In this document: positions 50,771 through 63,646 of the stretch, in pieces
How the letters are laid out: each line of letters begins with the position of its first letter
Numbering within the stretch: the first letter of the stretch is position 1
Origin: Chrysemys picta bellii
Taxonomy: Eukaryota
DNA length: 64,000 nucleotides
Reading direction: 5' to 3'
Assembly: GCF_011386835.1 (NCBI RefSeq)
Contig: NC_088791.1
Coordinates: forward strand, 346,704,001 to 346,768,000
Notes under the pieces: model-generated
Databases searched by the model: none
What the model saw: only the letters and a program-made list of their open reading frames with translations
What the model was told of the DNA's origin: nothing
Made by a program: the position numbers and the translations under genes

Positions 50771-51262
50771 CTGGAAGCACAAGAGCAGAAGGCACAGCTC
50801 TGAGCCAACCCAGGGCACAGATGGTGCTCCAAGGAGAGCTGCTGGAGAATCAGGCACAGGCTTCCCTAGCCACCAGGGACGAGATGGAGACAGCCTGGGA
50901 GACAGGCACTCTGACTGGCACCCCTGGCAGTGCCAGAGTGCTCAGAGCTGGCACCTGAGCCACCAGGAGCCCAGGGCCGAGCGGGGCGAGTGGGTGGCAC
51001 TCCACTTAAGCCAATGGTATGTGCTTCTCTGGCCGGAATTGGATTAACAAGTTTAGTCTCAGACCCAAGCACTAGAGACGGGGCCAAACGCATCACCAAG
51101 GCTGAATCTTGCCCTGCTTGGGGCTGGAATTCATCCACAACCCAGATTTGAATTTCGACCGTGGGCGTGGCCCAGGCACCGGAGCTGAGCATCCCCGGGA
51201 CAATCAGAGCCAAACACACCAGGGGAAAAGCAGGGGGCCTGAACCCCAGCCAACGAGCACTT

Positions 51263-51437
51263 CATAGAATCATAGAATATCAGGTTTGGAAGGGATCTCA
51301 GGAGGTATCTAGTCCAACCCCCTGCTCAAAGCAGGACCAATCCCCAACTAAATCATCCCAGCCAGGGCTTTGTCAAGCCTGACCTTAAAAACCTCTAAGG
51401 AAGGAGATTCCACCACCTCCCTAGGTAACCCATTCCC
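51263..51437 (-). mobile_element. Young, heavily 5'-truncated CR1 3' end
   Basis: (ATTCTATG)-type tail; near-identical to the 3' end of the copy at 56228. Confidence 0.92.
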
Positions 51438-51468
51438 ACTTGCATCAACTGATTGTATCCAATACTCC

Positions 51469-53345
51469 TGTACTATCACAGTGGATAGCGTGAGGGCTTT
51501 TCTGGAGGCAGGTGATACGCTGGTGATCTGTCTCACTGCGAAATGTCTGTATGAACCCTACACTGATATTATGCTTTAAAGTCTGTGACCAACCAAAGGG
51601 AGACAGGAGGGCAGGCAGATCGGTCTCCGGTGCAAATTAAGCAGGGTGGAATCAAAACCCTGGAAGCCCCATTTACATACGAATCAGCAGGGGAAGTTTC
51701 CAGGAAGCAAACAACAGCAGAAAGCCTTCCTGGCTCTTGATACAGAGACTCCGGGGTGATATAAGGACATTTGTGTGATCCCTGTCTTGCGGGAACACGA
51801 AGAAAGCAGGATTTTGCGGCGGGAAGGATGGATCCTGGCTGGAAAAGCCAGTCACGCTGGAGAAGGCACTGGAAGCTGGGAAACCGTCTTGACCAAAAAC
51901 TCAAGCTGATTACATCGGGGTTTTAGTCTTTGCTTGTAACCCTTCCTGTTGTCACTTCTTATACTTGGCATCACCTAACCCAGAGGCTTTTTGTTTAATA
52001 AACGTGTTTCGCTTTTGGTATAACCCCACTCCTGCTGGGAAATAAGAGTGTTTGTCAAACAGCAGTTAAATTAATCAGTGGCAGTGCCGTGACTCCTAAA
52101 GGAGCAACAAACATAAGATTGTCTGCGAATGCAGAATGACAGAGGCTGTGCATTGCAGAGAGACATCTCTAAGCAGCTTAGGTCCCTGAATGTCTCTGCC
52201 TGGAGTGGCTCGCGACCCGGAGTGCCGACCTCAGGGCAGACTGTCAGAACACAGGGCAGGCGCCCCTAACTGGCGGTGTGCTCTGTAATTAGATTGTACC
52301 AAACCAGACACAAATGTGAACTCGGGTCACTCTACCAGGCTTACCACGGAGTCGCAGACAGTCCTCTTAGACACCCAGACAAACTGGATTTCGTTATAGC
52401 AAGTCATTTACACCAAAAATCGCACCACCTCAAGTTTCTCCCAGCCCCCAAAAGACCATCACTTACCCCAGATCAACTGGTACTCCAGATCTGACACCAA
52501 AGACAACACTAGCAGGCAAATAAACCTACAGTAAACTAACTACAGATGTATTAGCTAAGAAAAAAGATTGAGGATTATTGAGAGGTTAAAGCAGGGAAAA
52601 CGTACACACGGGTGAGTCGTAGTTTGTAATTCCAAATGGTGGCAGTGACGTAATAAATTGCCAGTTCCCCAAAGTTTTTTCAGGGTACCCGGATGGTCTC
52701 TGGGGATCTCTGCTTTGCATCTGGTACCTCTCCTTGTAAGAGTCCAGACAGTCCAGAGAGGAAAGATCTTTCTTTGAATCCATTCTTGTATCTTCTTCTG
52801 AGAGAAGGCGAGCTGACAGTCTCTTTACCCACTGGGCTTTTCCTTTGATGACGGGGAGTGAGGAGGGCACTTAATCTTTTGACCTCCGACTATCACACAT
52901 AATGGCCACTTGCTTTGAAATCGGCATTTGCTGTTAAAGTCCTTAAGTCCTTCATTAGCATTTCCCAAGATGTCTTGGAAAGGTTGCTTAGTCACAGGGT
53001 ACACACAACGTAAATGTTCGGTATTGCATTCTAACAGGAACAGAGACGTGAAAACAGCACAAGTAACGTCCAATTCGTTTTCATGAAGTTCACTCACCCC
53101 ATACACACTTATACAGCTCACCGGTACTTTGATCTATACTAACACACAAGCGAATCGACCCGAATACACTCTAGCATGGCCTGGTCTGCTGGTGCCGCAG
53201 TCTGGACCAGTTTGCTGGGGAGGAAGACAGGCTGGCGTGGCAGGGAGCTGACCCACAGTCATATCTTAGCGAAGCTCTCTCGCACTGAGGCAGAGATGTA
53301 ACACCGGGGCCTGCAGCTCCGGCTGTCTCCTAGCAGCATGTTACA
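51469..53345 (+). mobile_element. Probable solo LTR interrupted by a second LTR
   Basis: TGTA start and TTACA end; AATAAA near 52000; the two halves look like parts of one recalled turtle LTR family; TSD unclear. Confidence 0.5.
52284..53176 (-). mobile_element. Probable nested solo LTR (opposite orientation)
   Basis: TG...CA termini on the minus strand; AT-richer composition; resembles a recalled turtle LTR; no TSD found. Confidence 0.5.
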
Positions 53346-54149
53346 ATCCCCACACGCCGGGCTGTCAGAGAGCCAGATCTGAGTCCTGTCATCTGGCCTC
53401 AGCTCTCAGCGGGTCACAGAACCGTAGACTCTGACCCACACCCTCAGCAGGATCCTAGGACCAGCATCCAGAGCGCTTGCTGGCCCGAGTCAGACTGATT
53501 TGTGTGTGGACAGAAAAGGGGCTTGGACTCAAACCGGAGTGACAGCCCAGGCTCAGAGAGCAGTGTACAGAATTCCACAGCAGCGCTCCGGGCTCTTCCC
53601 GGATGAACCACTCCATCCACACAGGATCTGTGCCCTGCCTGTCACAGTCTGGTCCGCTTTAAAGCCAGCTCATCTAAACTGGTTTGGAGGAGTGCATGTG
53701 ACTGTGTTCATGTGGTCAAACCCTCGTCCACGGAGCAACAGTGAATGTCTGTGCTAGGACAAAATCCTGTTCCAGATTTCCATCCCGGTCCCCAGTGGAT
53801 TTCCAGGAGCAATTTCCTCATTAATCACACAGAGAGAAACGTAGTCAGCAATCCTCTAGCAATGGGCATCTCCTTTGTTCGGGAATCTGACAGCCTCTCT
53901 CCCCTGGTTGTGAAGATAGAGACTTTGGGATGAAATGAAATACGACTTATTTCTTTTAACATAGAAAAGAAAAACCCATATGCTCGTCTAAGGGGTGACC
54001 TGCCCCCCGAAATCTCCCTGGGCGGTAGGACATTTTTTCCTGCAAGGAGACTGCATCTCTCATCCTTGTGTGAACCGGGTCAAAGGCAACCACGGTATTA
54101 GTACAATATGTAAGAGCGGGCAGGGCAAGGAAATTCTTTTAGCATGTAA

Positions 54150-54237
54150 AAAGAAGAACAGGAGTACTTGTGGCACCTTAGAGACTAACAAATTTATTAG
54201 AGCATAAGCTTTCGTGGGCTACTGCCCACTTCTTCGG
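54150..54237. mobile_element. Penelope-like element terminal fragment
   Basis: aacaggagtacttgtggcaccttagagactaacaaatttattagagcataagctttcgtggg, recalled as a reptile Penelope terminus; not verified by search. Confidence 0.55.
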
Positions 54238-56227
54238 TAGTAATTCATCCTTCCCACTAGGGGCAGCACATGCTTGGGTCACCTTTGGCAGGCAGTCTCT
54301 GCAGAGGACTGTGGGGAGGGAGGGTGCCCTCTGCAGGCGAGGAGGGCTAGAAAGTTAGCAGCTGAGCGGCCCAGGTGTGGCTCTTACGGCTGTGCTATTT
54401 AAAGGGCCACCTGCCGCAGGCAGTACCGTCCACCTGCAGGAGTGCTGATGACACGATCCATGTCTGAACAGACCTGTCTGTGTTAGCAACCCCTGAGATC
54501 CATCACGCCCAGTGCTTGGTTGCTGCTTACCGGCCCGGAGATCGCGGCTTTCCACGTTGATTGATGACTGTCTCCAGCTAATGTCTATACAGGGAGCTGT
54601 CGCACTGGTAAAGGATGCTGGATTGGCAGCCCGGGACAAGGATGTGCTCTGGTTCCCTCCCGGGCAGGAGACGCACCAGGACAAGCATGGCTGATACCCA
54701 CCCTCTGCCAGCCTGTCCAGCGCTGACTGGGAGGGACCCGCTCGGTATTTCAGTCCCTGGAGCCCAGTCACCGGTCGGGCCTCTGCTGGGACTATCCACC
54801 AGGAGCTCCAGTTAACTCCAATTGTGCTGCTGGATGGTGGGAACACCCTGTTCCCAAGGGGGGTAGCACCAACTTGTGTCACGTAGGTGTCCAGCCAGCC
54901 GTCGGGCAGGAACGGCTCTGGCTCGCCCCCGCTGGCTTGGAATTGGTCAAACGCTCTGTACCGCGATCCCAGCAGGGGGCCACAGATCACGCTGCCTTTC
55001 CCTGGTGGAAACTTTGTCATCAAAACGTTCGCCCAGGGAAAATGGCTCCTCGGCCACTGGGGCCATCTCACCAACCTGGGCAGGGAAGAAAGCTCCCAAC
55101 AGCTGAGGAATTTTGGTGCCTTTCTTGAGCGATGGGTTTATTCCTCAAGAACCAAACCGGTCCAGCGTAAATCAGACAGATTAACGAGAGCCTTTCCCTT
55201 TATTTAGGGGTTTCGGGAATTGCCCAGCTGCTCCCAGCAGATCTGGGTCTCAAGCAGGGCCTCCCGGAGGGTGGTATACACAGGTCTCGTCTCTGTCTCG
55301 CTCAACTATGCTGCGGGTTGGCCTTTTAGCTAAGGCCCGGGTGATCTGCAGGCTCTCCACTGGTCTCCAGCCTCAGACCCACCCCCTGGGATGCAGCTAA
55401 TTAGTCGCAGGCGGTGCTAAGCCCACCCACTGCCAGATCAGAACGAACATTTTCCCAGCACTTTGTCAGTTTGCTCTAAATGGTCTATTTTTACCCCCTA
55501 TGAAGAACCGGAAACAGAAAACGGAAAAAAAAAAGGTTAAATGTTTGATTTTCCCAAACTGAAAATGTGCTTTTAAAAGTGGGGGTTTTGGGGGAGGGCG
55601 CAGGTAGGGGGGTTATTGTTTTTTTAAAGGAATTTTTTCAGGATTTTCCGCAAAAAAAGAATTGGGGTTTTTCAAACTATGCTCTTGAGTCATTCTCGGG
55701 AAAGGCCCGGGGGCTGGGGGAATCACACTGAACAATAGTTTGAAGCGCCAGTTGGGGAGAATGTGGGGACTGTGCTGGTCTCTTTAGCGGCTTGTTTTAA
55801 AACCCTTCTGAAGGTGGCTCTGGGAATCATTGTTGCAAAGCGGGAAAGGAAATTGGTTCCGCTGCGCTTGATGAGAGCCAGTGGGGTAGGGGAAGCAGAG
55901 GTTGTAGCTATTGTATGTGTGTCTGCTGCTGGGCACACTGGTGCCTGGGCACACCCCACAGGTGACTGCGTATGGATGCAGACCTCTGGGTCGGACTCCT
56001 TGTGCTTGGCTGTGGGGTTGTGTGAGGGTGTAGGTGTGTCTGTGTCTTTGTATAGGAGTGTGATGGTGTGTAATATGCAGGACCCCACACACTGCGTAAG
56101 TCTGGCCCCTAAACAGGGAACAGGTCAGACCTAGGGGACAGTCCAGGAAGTTCACATAGGGACTGGAACGTTCCCCCAAGTCCAGGTTTCCGATTTGCCT
56201 CTAGTGCCCTGGCCCCAGCTGGCAGAC

Positions 56228-56956
56228 AGAATCATAGAATCATAGAAGTTCAGGGTTGGAAGAGACCTCAGGAGGTATCTAGTCCAATCCCTTTCTCAAA
56301 GCAGGACCAATCCCAACTAAATCATCCCAGCCAGGGCTTTGTCAAGCCAGGCCTTAAAAACCTCTAAGGATGGAGATTCCACCACCTCCCTAGGTAACCC
56401 ATTCCAGTGCGTCACCACCCTCCTAGTGAAAAAGTTTTTCCTAATATCCAACCTAGACCTCTCCCACTGCAACTTGAGACCATTACTCCTTGTTCTGTCA
56501 TCTGCCACCACTGAAAACAGCCGAGCTCCATCCTCTTTGGAACCCCCCTTCAGGTAGTTGAAAGCAGCTATCAAATCCCCCCTCATTCTTCTCTTCTGCA
56601 GACTAAACAATCCCAGTTCCCACAGCCTCTCCTCATAAGTCATGTGCTCTAGACCCCTAATCATTTTTGTTGCCCTCCACTGGATTCTTTCTAATTTTCC
56701 ACATCCCTTCTTGTTGTGTGGGGCCCAAAACTGGATACAGTACTCCAGATGAGGCCTCACCAATGTCGAATAAAGGGGAACGATCACGTTCCTCGATCTG
56801 CTGGCAATGCCCCTACTTATACAGCCCAAAATGCCGTTAGCCTTCTTGGCAACAAGAGCACACTGTTGACTCGTATCCAGCTTCTCGTCCACTGTAACCC
56901 CTAGGTCCTTTTCTGCAGAACTGCTGCATCGCCGCTCGGTCCCTAGTCCGTAGCAG
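56228..56956 (-). mobile_element. Young 5'-truncated CR1 (PsCR1-like) with an open ORF2 C-terminus
   Basis: [11 protein letters not shown]...[18 protein letters not shown]...[13 protein letters not shown]...[19 protein letters not shown]; (ATTCTATG)n tail. Confidence 0.96.
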
Positions 56957-59900
56957 CCCCCTTCCTCATGCCCCATGTGGGCCAGGCTCCCACTCCCTGG
57001 GCTGGGGTCGCTGTACGGGCAAAATCCATCCCAGCCCTGACAGTTCCACTCCCTCCGGGCCGTCTCCGAGTCGTTTGCACACACCGCAGCAGACGCAGGC
57101 ATTTGCAAATGTCACCAGCGCCAGCGAATTAAGCTCCTCTGAGCTCCAGCGTTTGGTGGCTGTGTCGCTCCCCGGCAGCTGGGCGGGGCCCCCGGGATCC
57201 AAGGAGCAGGCAGCCCCGGCTCCGTTGGGAGGGGCTAGCCCCCGCAGAACCCAGTCCGAGATCCACGCCCGGTGGGAAGTGCCACTGGCAGGGCCCATGG
57301 CTGCGCAGCACCTGGGGGAGGGGAGGCGAGGCGCAGCAGGGAAGGGGTTAATATGCCCCTCTCCCCCCACCTGGCTTTGTACCAGCTCTGGCTGGAGCAG
57401 TGACTGAAATCCCCAGCCAGGCCATGCTCAGTGCAGTCTGGAGCTAGCAGAAACCCGGCTTTGAGCCCCTTCTCCTTCCCTGCAGTCCAGCCCCCCAACT
57501 CCATCTCTTCCTGGCCAGGAATAAGAGACTGGCACCACATGGCTGCAGGGCTAACTCCCCCCTCCCCCACCCCGGCCATCATGACACCCAAGTCTGGGCC
57601 TTGGTCAGGCTTTTGCATCACGGCCTCTGCGTACGTCCCTGGGACACGGAGCGACTCAGCCTCCTGCCCAAGCTGCTGAGAATAGGAGGAATGTGTGCAC
57701 CGCTGGGGGATTGGGGGGGGACGGGAGTATGGGGCTGCCAGGAGGTGGCGCCGTTGGGGTGTGGATGCGATAGCATGTGTGATCTCCATGACACGGGGGT
57801 GACTCCGGAGTAACCCCATTGAAATCAGCCGAGTTGCTCCACCCACCTGGTGGGTGGTAAGGTCACTTGCCGCTTGCCGTTCAAGACTCTGGTTTCGGTT
57901 GCTTCTGACTTTGCCACACTTAAACCGCTCGGGCTGAAACGTTCCACGCCCGGGGGGCTGCCTCCGGCGGAACCTGGCTGGGAACTTTCAGCCAAAACAG
58001 CTCCACCGTCCCTGAGAAAAAGCCATTGGTTTTGCCCTGGTTAAAACAAAAACCAACACGCTGGCTGCCTTTTCTGTGGCTCTGAGCCGCTGGCACTGGG
58101 GTCCAAGCCCTGGCATTTTGCAGTGTGGACCAGCTCAAGCTGCAGATCCGAGTCAGAAGGTCTGCGCAGTGCAGTGCGGCCGCGTTAGCACGGCCGGGAG
58201 ACCCGGCTCCAGCCTTCGTGAGCCCAGGTTTACAAGGCAATGTGGACGCTCAAGGATGGCTTGGAAACCCCAAACCTGGGTTCACAATGCACCGACCCTC
58301 TGTGCCGGTACCACAGCCAGCACCCCGCTCTCTGCTGCAGTCTCTAGGGACTGCTGCAATACAAACGCAATTGTCCCAATAATCCGCCTCCCGTCAGCTT
58401 GGCAAGCTGCTGTTTATCACACCCCGACTGCCAGCTCCAGCTTTCGACGAGCAGTTGTAGCACCAGGCAGCGTGTCCCGAATCCTCGTGTGTGAGACGTG
58501 TGCAGCCATCCAACGGGCCAGACTGATCCCCCAGATTGGCCCCAACTGTTGTTGTGCAAGTGCATTGAAATGAGTGGAGCAAGCAGGCGGAGTCTGGGGC
58601 GGGGGGCAGATGGCTGGAAAATTAAAGGCGGGGCCAGAGCTTTGTAAGTTCCAAATCTGAGTGTTCAAAATCAAAATAATAATTTAAATGAGGGTTGTTT
58701 TTTAAATGACTGAGCCAAATTCTGCCAGCTGCTGGTGCACGCAGTGTCTGCTGGCTGAGCGAGCTCTGCACCAGATCCCTGCGCTGGAGACACGTGTACC
58801 CGTAACCCTACACAGAAAGCTGGGTGGAGAACCTGGGCCTGTCTGCTCTGAAAGCCCAGGCACCTCCCCACTGAGCTAAGAGACCTCCCAGGTGGTGCAG
58901 CCAAAGGGCGATTTTTATTCTGTCTCGACCCAGCCACGCTTTGATTTCATTCCTTCGCATTTTAAAACCAGGAGCTGGCCCCGTCTCTCTCACACGCGTG
59001 TCCTGCAGCACGTGTGGCTAGGAGATCGTGAGCACGCCTGGACGCTTGGGTGTGTCTGGCCAGGAGAGTGCACCTGTGCACGGGCGGGTGCGTGCATGGG
59101 ACTGTGAGGAGGTGTGGACAGGCGGGCTGTGGATTGGCAGAGGCGTCGGGGTGTGTTTTGGGACGGCTCCCCGATCACGCCCCGTCATTCTGCCTGCCCT
59201 CCCCTTCCCACGGCCCAGACGCTCGCGCGTGGGCTGATGACCGGCACCTGCCAGTCACGCCGAGCCAGATGGCATCTCGGTATCGCTCCTCGCCGGATGT
59301 CTCCCTGTAGCGATCCGCCGTCGCCAACCCCTTCCGGCCCCCCAGCGGCTTCGCGCATGGCCGCCTTTCCAGCCCTGGGCTGTGAGCAGGGAGGGGAGGC
59401 CTGGAGGAGCGTTCCGGGGGCACCTCCCTGTCTGCTTGGCAGGGGAGAGGCCGCCCTGCGAGGCCGTCTGCTTGCGTCCAGGGACAGGACGGGCCCCCCT
59501 CCAGCGACTGGAGACATGCGGACATGGCTATCACCGCGCTTCGTTCCCTATGCAGACTCTCCTTTGGCTGATACCACCTGTGGCTACTGGGGTCCCTGGT
59601 TCAGATCCCCACACAACCTCCACTCTCTGATCCCCGCTTCCCCCGTGTTTGGGTCAGAAACTGAACGAGACGGGAGGCGCAATTTGTGCCCAGCGAGCAG
59701 CAGACGTCTGCAAGCCCTGACTCTAACAGGCAGTCAGGGGTGCCAAGAGCAGTCCCGCCTGCAGGGGGCTCCCCTGGGCTTGGCAGAGCTGAGTGTCGTT
59801 CATGGCACACACAGCTGTCCTGAGATCGAGGGGAGCCGCGTCTCGCTGCTTCACAATGGTTTTTAGCAGGGAAGGGCGTTTCTGCCCTCCCTCTCCTCTC

Positions 59901-60696
59901 TCCAGCCTGGGTCTGTCCCCAGCCACTCCTAGAGCCTGTTATCTCCCAGGTCAGCAGGAGATGGTCACTGCATGGAGACTGGCTGCTAGGCAAGCCAAGG
60001 GCAGCAGGTTCATTGGCTGCAGCTGGCCGGGTGGGGTGTCTGCCTGGAGCTAGCAAAAAACTCCTGCGTGGAAAAGCCGGGATGGAGCATTCGGGCAGCG
60101 GGTTGGCTGTGGGGACTCAAGGCCGTATGCAGCTCCAGGTCGCGCCCAGACCGGCCGTGGCCATCGCTGGAATGCATGCAGGACTGGGGCTTTAACGCAG
60201 GTCTGCACTGATCACCTGCGGCTGTTACCCCTCTCCTGGTGAGTAGCCCGGAGGGATGATCCGGCCCCTTCCTAGAGGGACTGGCTGCCCAGGGGACTGG
60301 TGACAGGATTCAAGAGCCCGTCCCATCTAGCGACCAGGGGCCAGGCCGGCCTGGCATCCAAGGGTCGCTACCATCAGGTGGCTAGTCGGTAGCTGGGGTG
60401 AAATTGATTGAAGGGGTCCCTGATGGACAGCACAAAATACAGCCTCCCAATGGGCCCTGCGGCCAAGGATTGAGTGGGCCATGCAGACTGAACTGCCCCC
60501 ATGTTAGAGGTGAGTCTGCCAGCTCCGTGGGCTGAGGGCTCCAGCGTCCAGGCTCTCAAGCCGGCGCTCCTATCATTATGTGAAGTACGACAGCGCTGAC
60601 GAAATCGGGGCCCGTTGTGCTCGGCGCTGCACAGACACAGGGAGAGACGTGCCCCACCTTAAAGGACTCAAAGGAGCTGTGTGTCATGGGGATCAG

Positions 60697-60805
60697 AGCC
60701 CTCAACTGGGCCTCAGGACACCTGGGTGCTATTCCTAAATCTGCCACTGACCCACCAGGTGACCTTGGCCAAGTCTCTTGCCTCTCAGTGCCTCAGTTTC
60801 CCCCC
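60697..60805 (+). mobile_element. CORE/MIR-like SINE remnant
   Basis: gtgaccttggccaagtc...gtgcctcagtttcccc. Confidence 0.6.
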
Positions 60806-61967
60806 ACACCCTCTGTCTTGTCTAGGGCTCTGCAGCAGGGTCGGCCCGCCTGTCATTAATTACATTCCTTTGGTCAGGTGTTTTCCTTCCCTTCCCATGC
60901 GAACCTGCTGTGGAAACAGCTGCCACATTTCACCCCAGAGGCAGTTGCCTTGTGGTGCTGGGTGATGCAATTCTGAAGTTTGCGATCTTCTGGGCTAAAA
61001 GTTGCTCTCTCCACATAAGGTATTAATCTCTGAATGTGCCACTGCCTCCCAGACGCCAGCTTCTTTGCCAAACCCCTCCTCCCACCCCCGGCAAGCCTGC
61101 TTCTCCATGTGCCGAACCTCCCCGGTGGGCGACTGGCCCCATCAAACAGTGTTTGGGAACGGGAAAGACCTGGATACACTCAATGAAGCAAGACAGCTGT
61201 CCCAACCTGCAGAACGTTGCATCCACAGGGTGCCTTTCCCCTCGATTCCCCTGGGCCAGCCTTCCAATCTCAGAATCTTTGATAGGATCCATCGGTCCAT
61301 TTCCCAGTGCCATCCAAAGCTCTCTCGTTCAGTGCCCCCCATAGCTGCTGCCCCATAGCCCAGCAGAGACGCAGCTGGGCTGCTGTACAATGCACCCGCC
61401 ATGCAGCCCCGAGGGAAGTTTGGGGCAGTTGAGTGGCTGGGGTTTCGGCCAGCGCTCCAGCCTCTGGCCCTGGCCTCTCCAGAGGGGAGCCAGTGGCCGC
61501 TTAATGACTGGGGAGCGCCAGGGCCAGGCCTGCTTGAGACCTTTCCACTGAAACTTTCTTTGCGGTCGGTCGCTGAGACAAAAAGTTTAGATTTTCCGAT
61601 AAAAAACTTTGAAATTTGACCCCTGAAAAGTCCGACAAAAACAAACTTTCCGCCCCTCTCTCATCCAAACGTTCTGCGGTCGGAAAAGACCCGCCCCCTT
61701 CCCACGCAGCCCTGCTCGGGATCTTGGTTTTCCAGCTCTTCCGATAGACAGCACCGCTAGCAGCACAGCGCCCCCTGTCATCCCCAATCACGCCCACGGT
61801 GCCAGAGTGTCACATCCACATTGCAACTGGTCCCATTCACGGAAATCTCAGCGGCGTGGCCCTGCTCTGAACTGGCTATCAAGAAGCACAGCGCTCCTGG
61901 GCCCAGGCAGTGGGCCAGCAGGGTTAGCCTGCACTGCGGCTGCACGTCCCATCCCAGGTCCTTCAGC

Positions 61968-62200
61968 TAGGGCCGGCTCCAGGCACCAGCAAAGGAAGCA
62001 GGTGCTTGGGGCGGCCAATGGGAAGGGGCGGCACATCCGGATCTTTGGCAATTCGGTGGCAGGTCCCTTGGTCCATCTCAGAGTGAAGGACCCGCCGCCG
62101 AAGAATGAAGCGACGCGGTAGAGCTGCCGCCATGCCACCGATCGCGGCTTTATCTTTATTTTGTTTTCTTGGGGCAGCAAAAAAGCTGGAGCCGGCCCTG
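61968..62200. mobile_element. hAT-type MITE (cagggccggctcc termini)
   Basis: tagggccggctccag / ctggagccggccctg TIRs; perfect TSD ccttcagc. Confidence 0.92.
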
Positions 62201-63079
62201 CCTTCAGCATCCGGAGCTCTCAATCTGGCACTAAACCCACCTGTAAAGAGCCAGGGGTTAGGGCTCATCTGCAGCGCTGAGACCCATGGGTTGCGAGGTG
62301 CACGGGACGCCCTGCCTCAAGTTTGTAGCCACAACCGTCCCAGTGAACTCCCCCGCCCCTGCTCCGTCCAGCCAGCAGCGCCAGACACCGGGATTTGCAA
62401 AGGGAGATTAAAGCCAGGCTGCCTCTCCAGACGCTGCGTGCTGCGGCTTTGTTTTTCATTTGGAAGAGCCCCGAGGGCGCGTGAGGGGGGGGCAGGATGG
62501 GAGAGACACACGCGGGTGGGATTCGTTCCTTTTCATGTCAAGTTTCAATTTGTCTCTGGTTCCGTCTGATCTGGTTTGTTTATGCAATTAACGGCGGCTC
62601 ATTGAGGATATAAACGAGATGAAAGAGGCCCGGACGGAGCCAACTGGCAAATGAATCACGCGGATCAATAGAAACGGTCTCTGATATTTACCCAAACCAT
62701 CACTATTTCCTTTGTCTTTCTTTTTATACCCGCATAGCCGCACGCTCCAGTCTACGGGCACATTCTCCCGGCCCACACGTGCGGCTCATGTGAATATTAA
62801 CAAGGCACAGTCGCTCCCGCAGACACCTCCATCGGCCTTCCGACGTGGAGTCGCTTTGTCCCCACTCCCCTCCAGTCAAGAGAACAAATTAAATCTGTTT
62901 TTTTAATTTGGACTTTGTCATTATCTGGGCTTTGGGTTTTTCTTTGTTCGAATCCGCTTCTGATCCCTGCGTGGGGAAAGGAAATGAAGAGAGGGGACGC
63001 CAGTTTCCATGGGGATAGTTCCCATGGGGATACTGAGCTCGGGGCCCCATTGTACTAGGTGGGGCGCAGACACAGAGGA

Positions 63080-63646
63080 TCAGAGAAGTGTCGGGCAGGA
63101 AGGGACCTCGAGAAGTCGTCAAGTGGCCCCTTGCGCTGAGGCGGGGCCAAGTAAACCTAGACCAGCCCTGACAGGGGTTTGTCCAGCCTGGTCTTACAAA
63201 CCTCCAGTGACGGGATTCCACAACCGCCCTTGGACGCCTGTTCCAGAGCTTAACTCCCTGGAGCGTTAGAAAGTTTTTCCTAACATGTATCCTAAACCTC
63301 TCATGCTGCAGATTAAGCCCATTGCTTCTTGTCCTCCCTTCAGTGGACATGGAGAACAATCAATCACTGTCCGCTTAGCACAGCCCTTAACATATCTGAA
63401 GACTGATATCAGGTCCCCCCTCGGTCTTCTTTTCTCAAGACTAAACATGCCCAGTTTTTTAAGCTTCCCTCCCAGCTCAGGTTTTCTAACCTTTGATCAT
63501 TTTTGTTGCTCTTCTCCGGAATCTCTGCAATTTGTCCGCGTCTTTCCCAAACTGGGGACAGTTCTCCAGCTGAGGCCTCACCAGAGCCGAGTAAGGCGGG
63601 ACAATGACCTCCTGTGTCTTGCATACGACACTCCTGTTAATACACC
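63080..63646 (-). mobile_element. Older CR1 fragment (ORF2 C-terminus and 3' end)
   Basis: FSLEKRRPRGDL, RTRSNGLNLQHERFR and RRRATKMIKG in shifted frames. Confidence 0.88.

Noticed and set aside
56317-57108. 263-aa ORF as a host gene
   Set aside because: It is a 5'-truncated CR1 ORF2 C-terminus joined by chance to flanking sequence.
58784-58796. 13-nt match (ctggagacacgtg) to the reverse complement of the miR-139-5p 3' part
   Set aside because: The seed-containing 5' part (UCUACAGUG) and the 3p arm are absent, so this is a chance match.
15140-63646. All five clear CR1 fragments are in sense orientation to PDE2A
   Set aside because: n=5 is too small (two-sided p about 0.06), and a possible plus-strand fragment exists at 25100.
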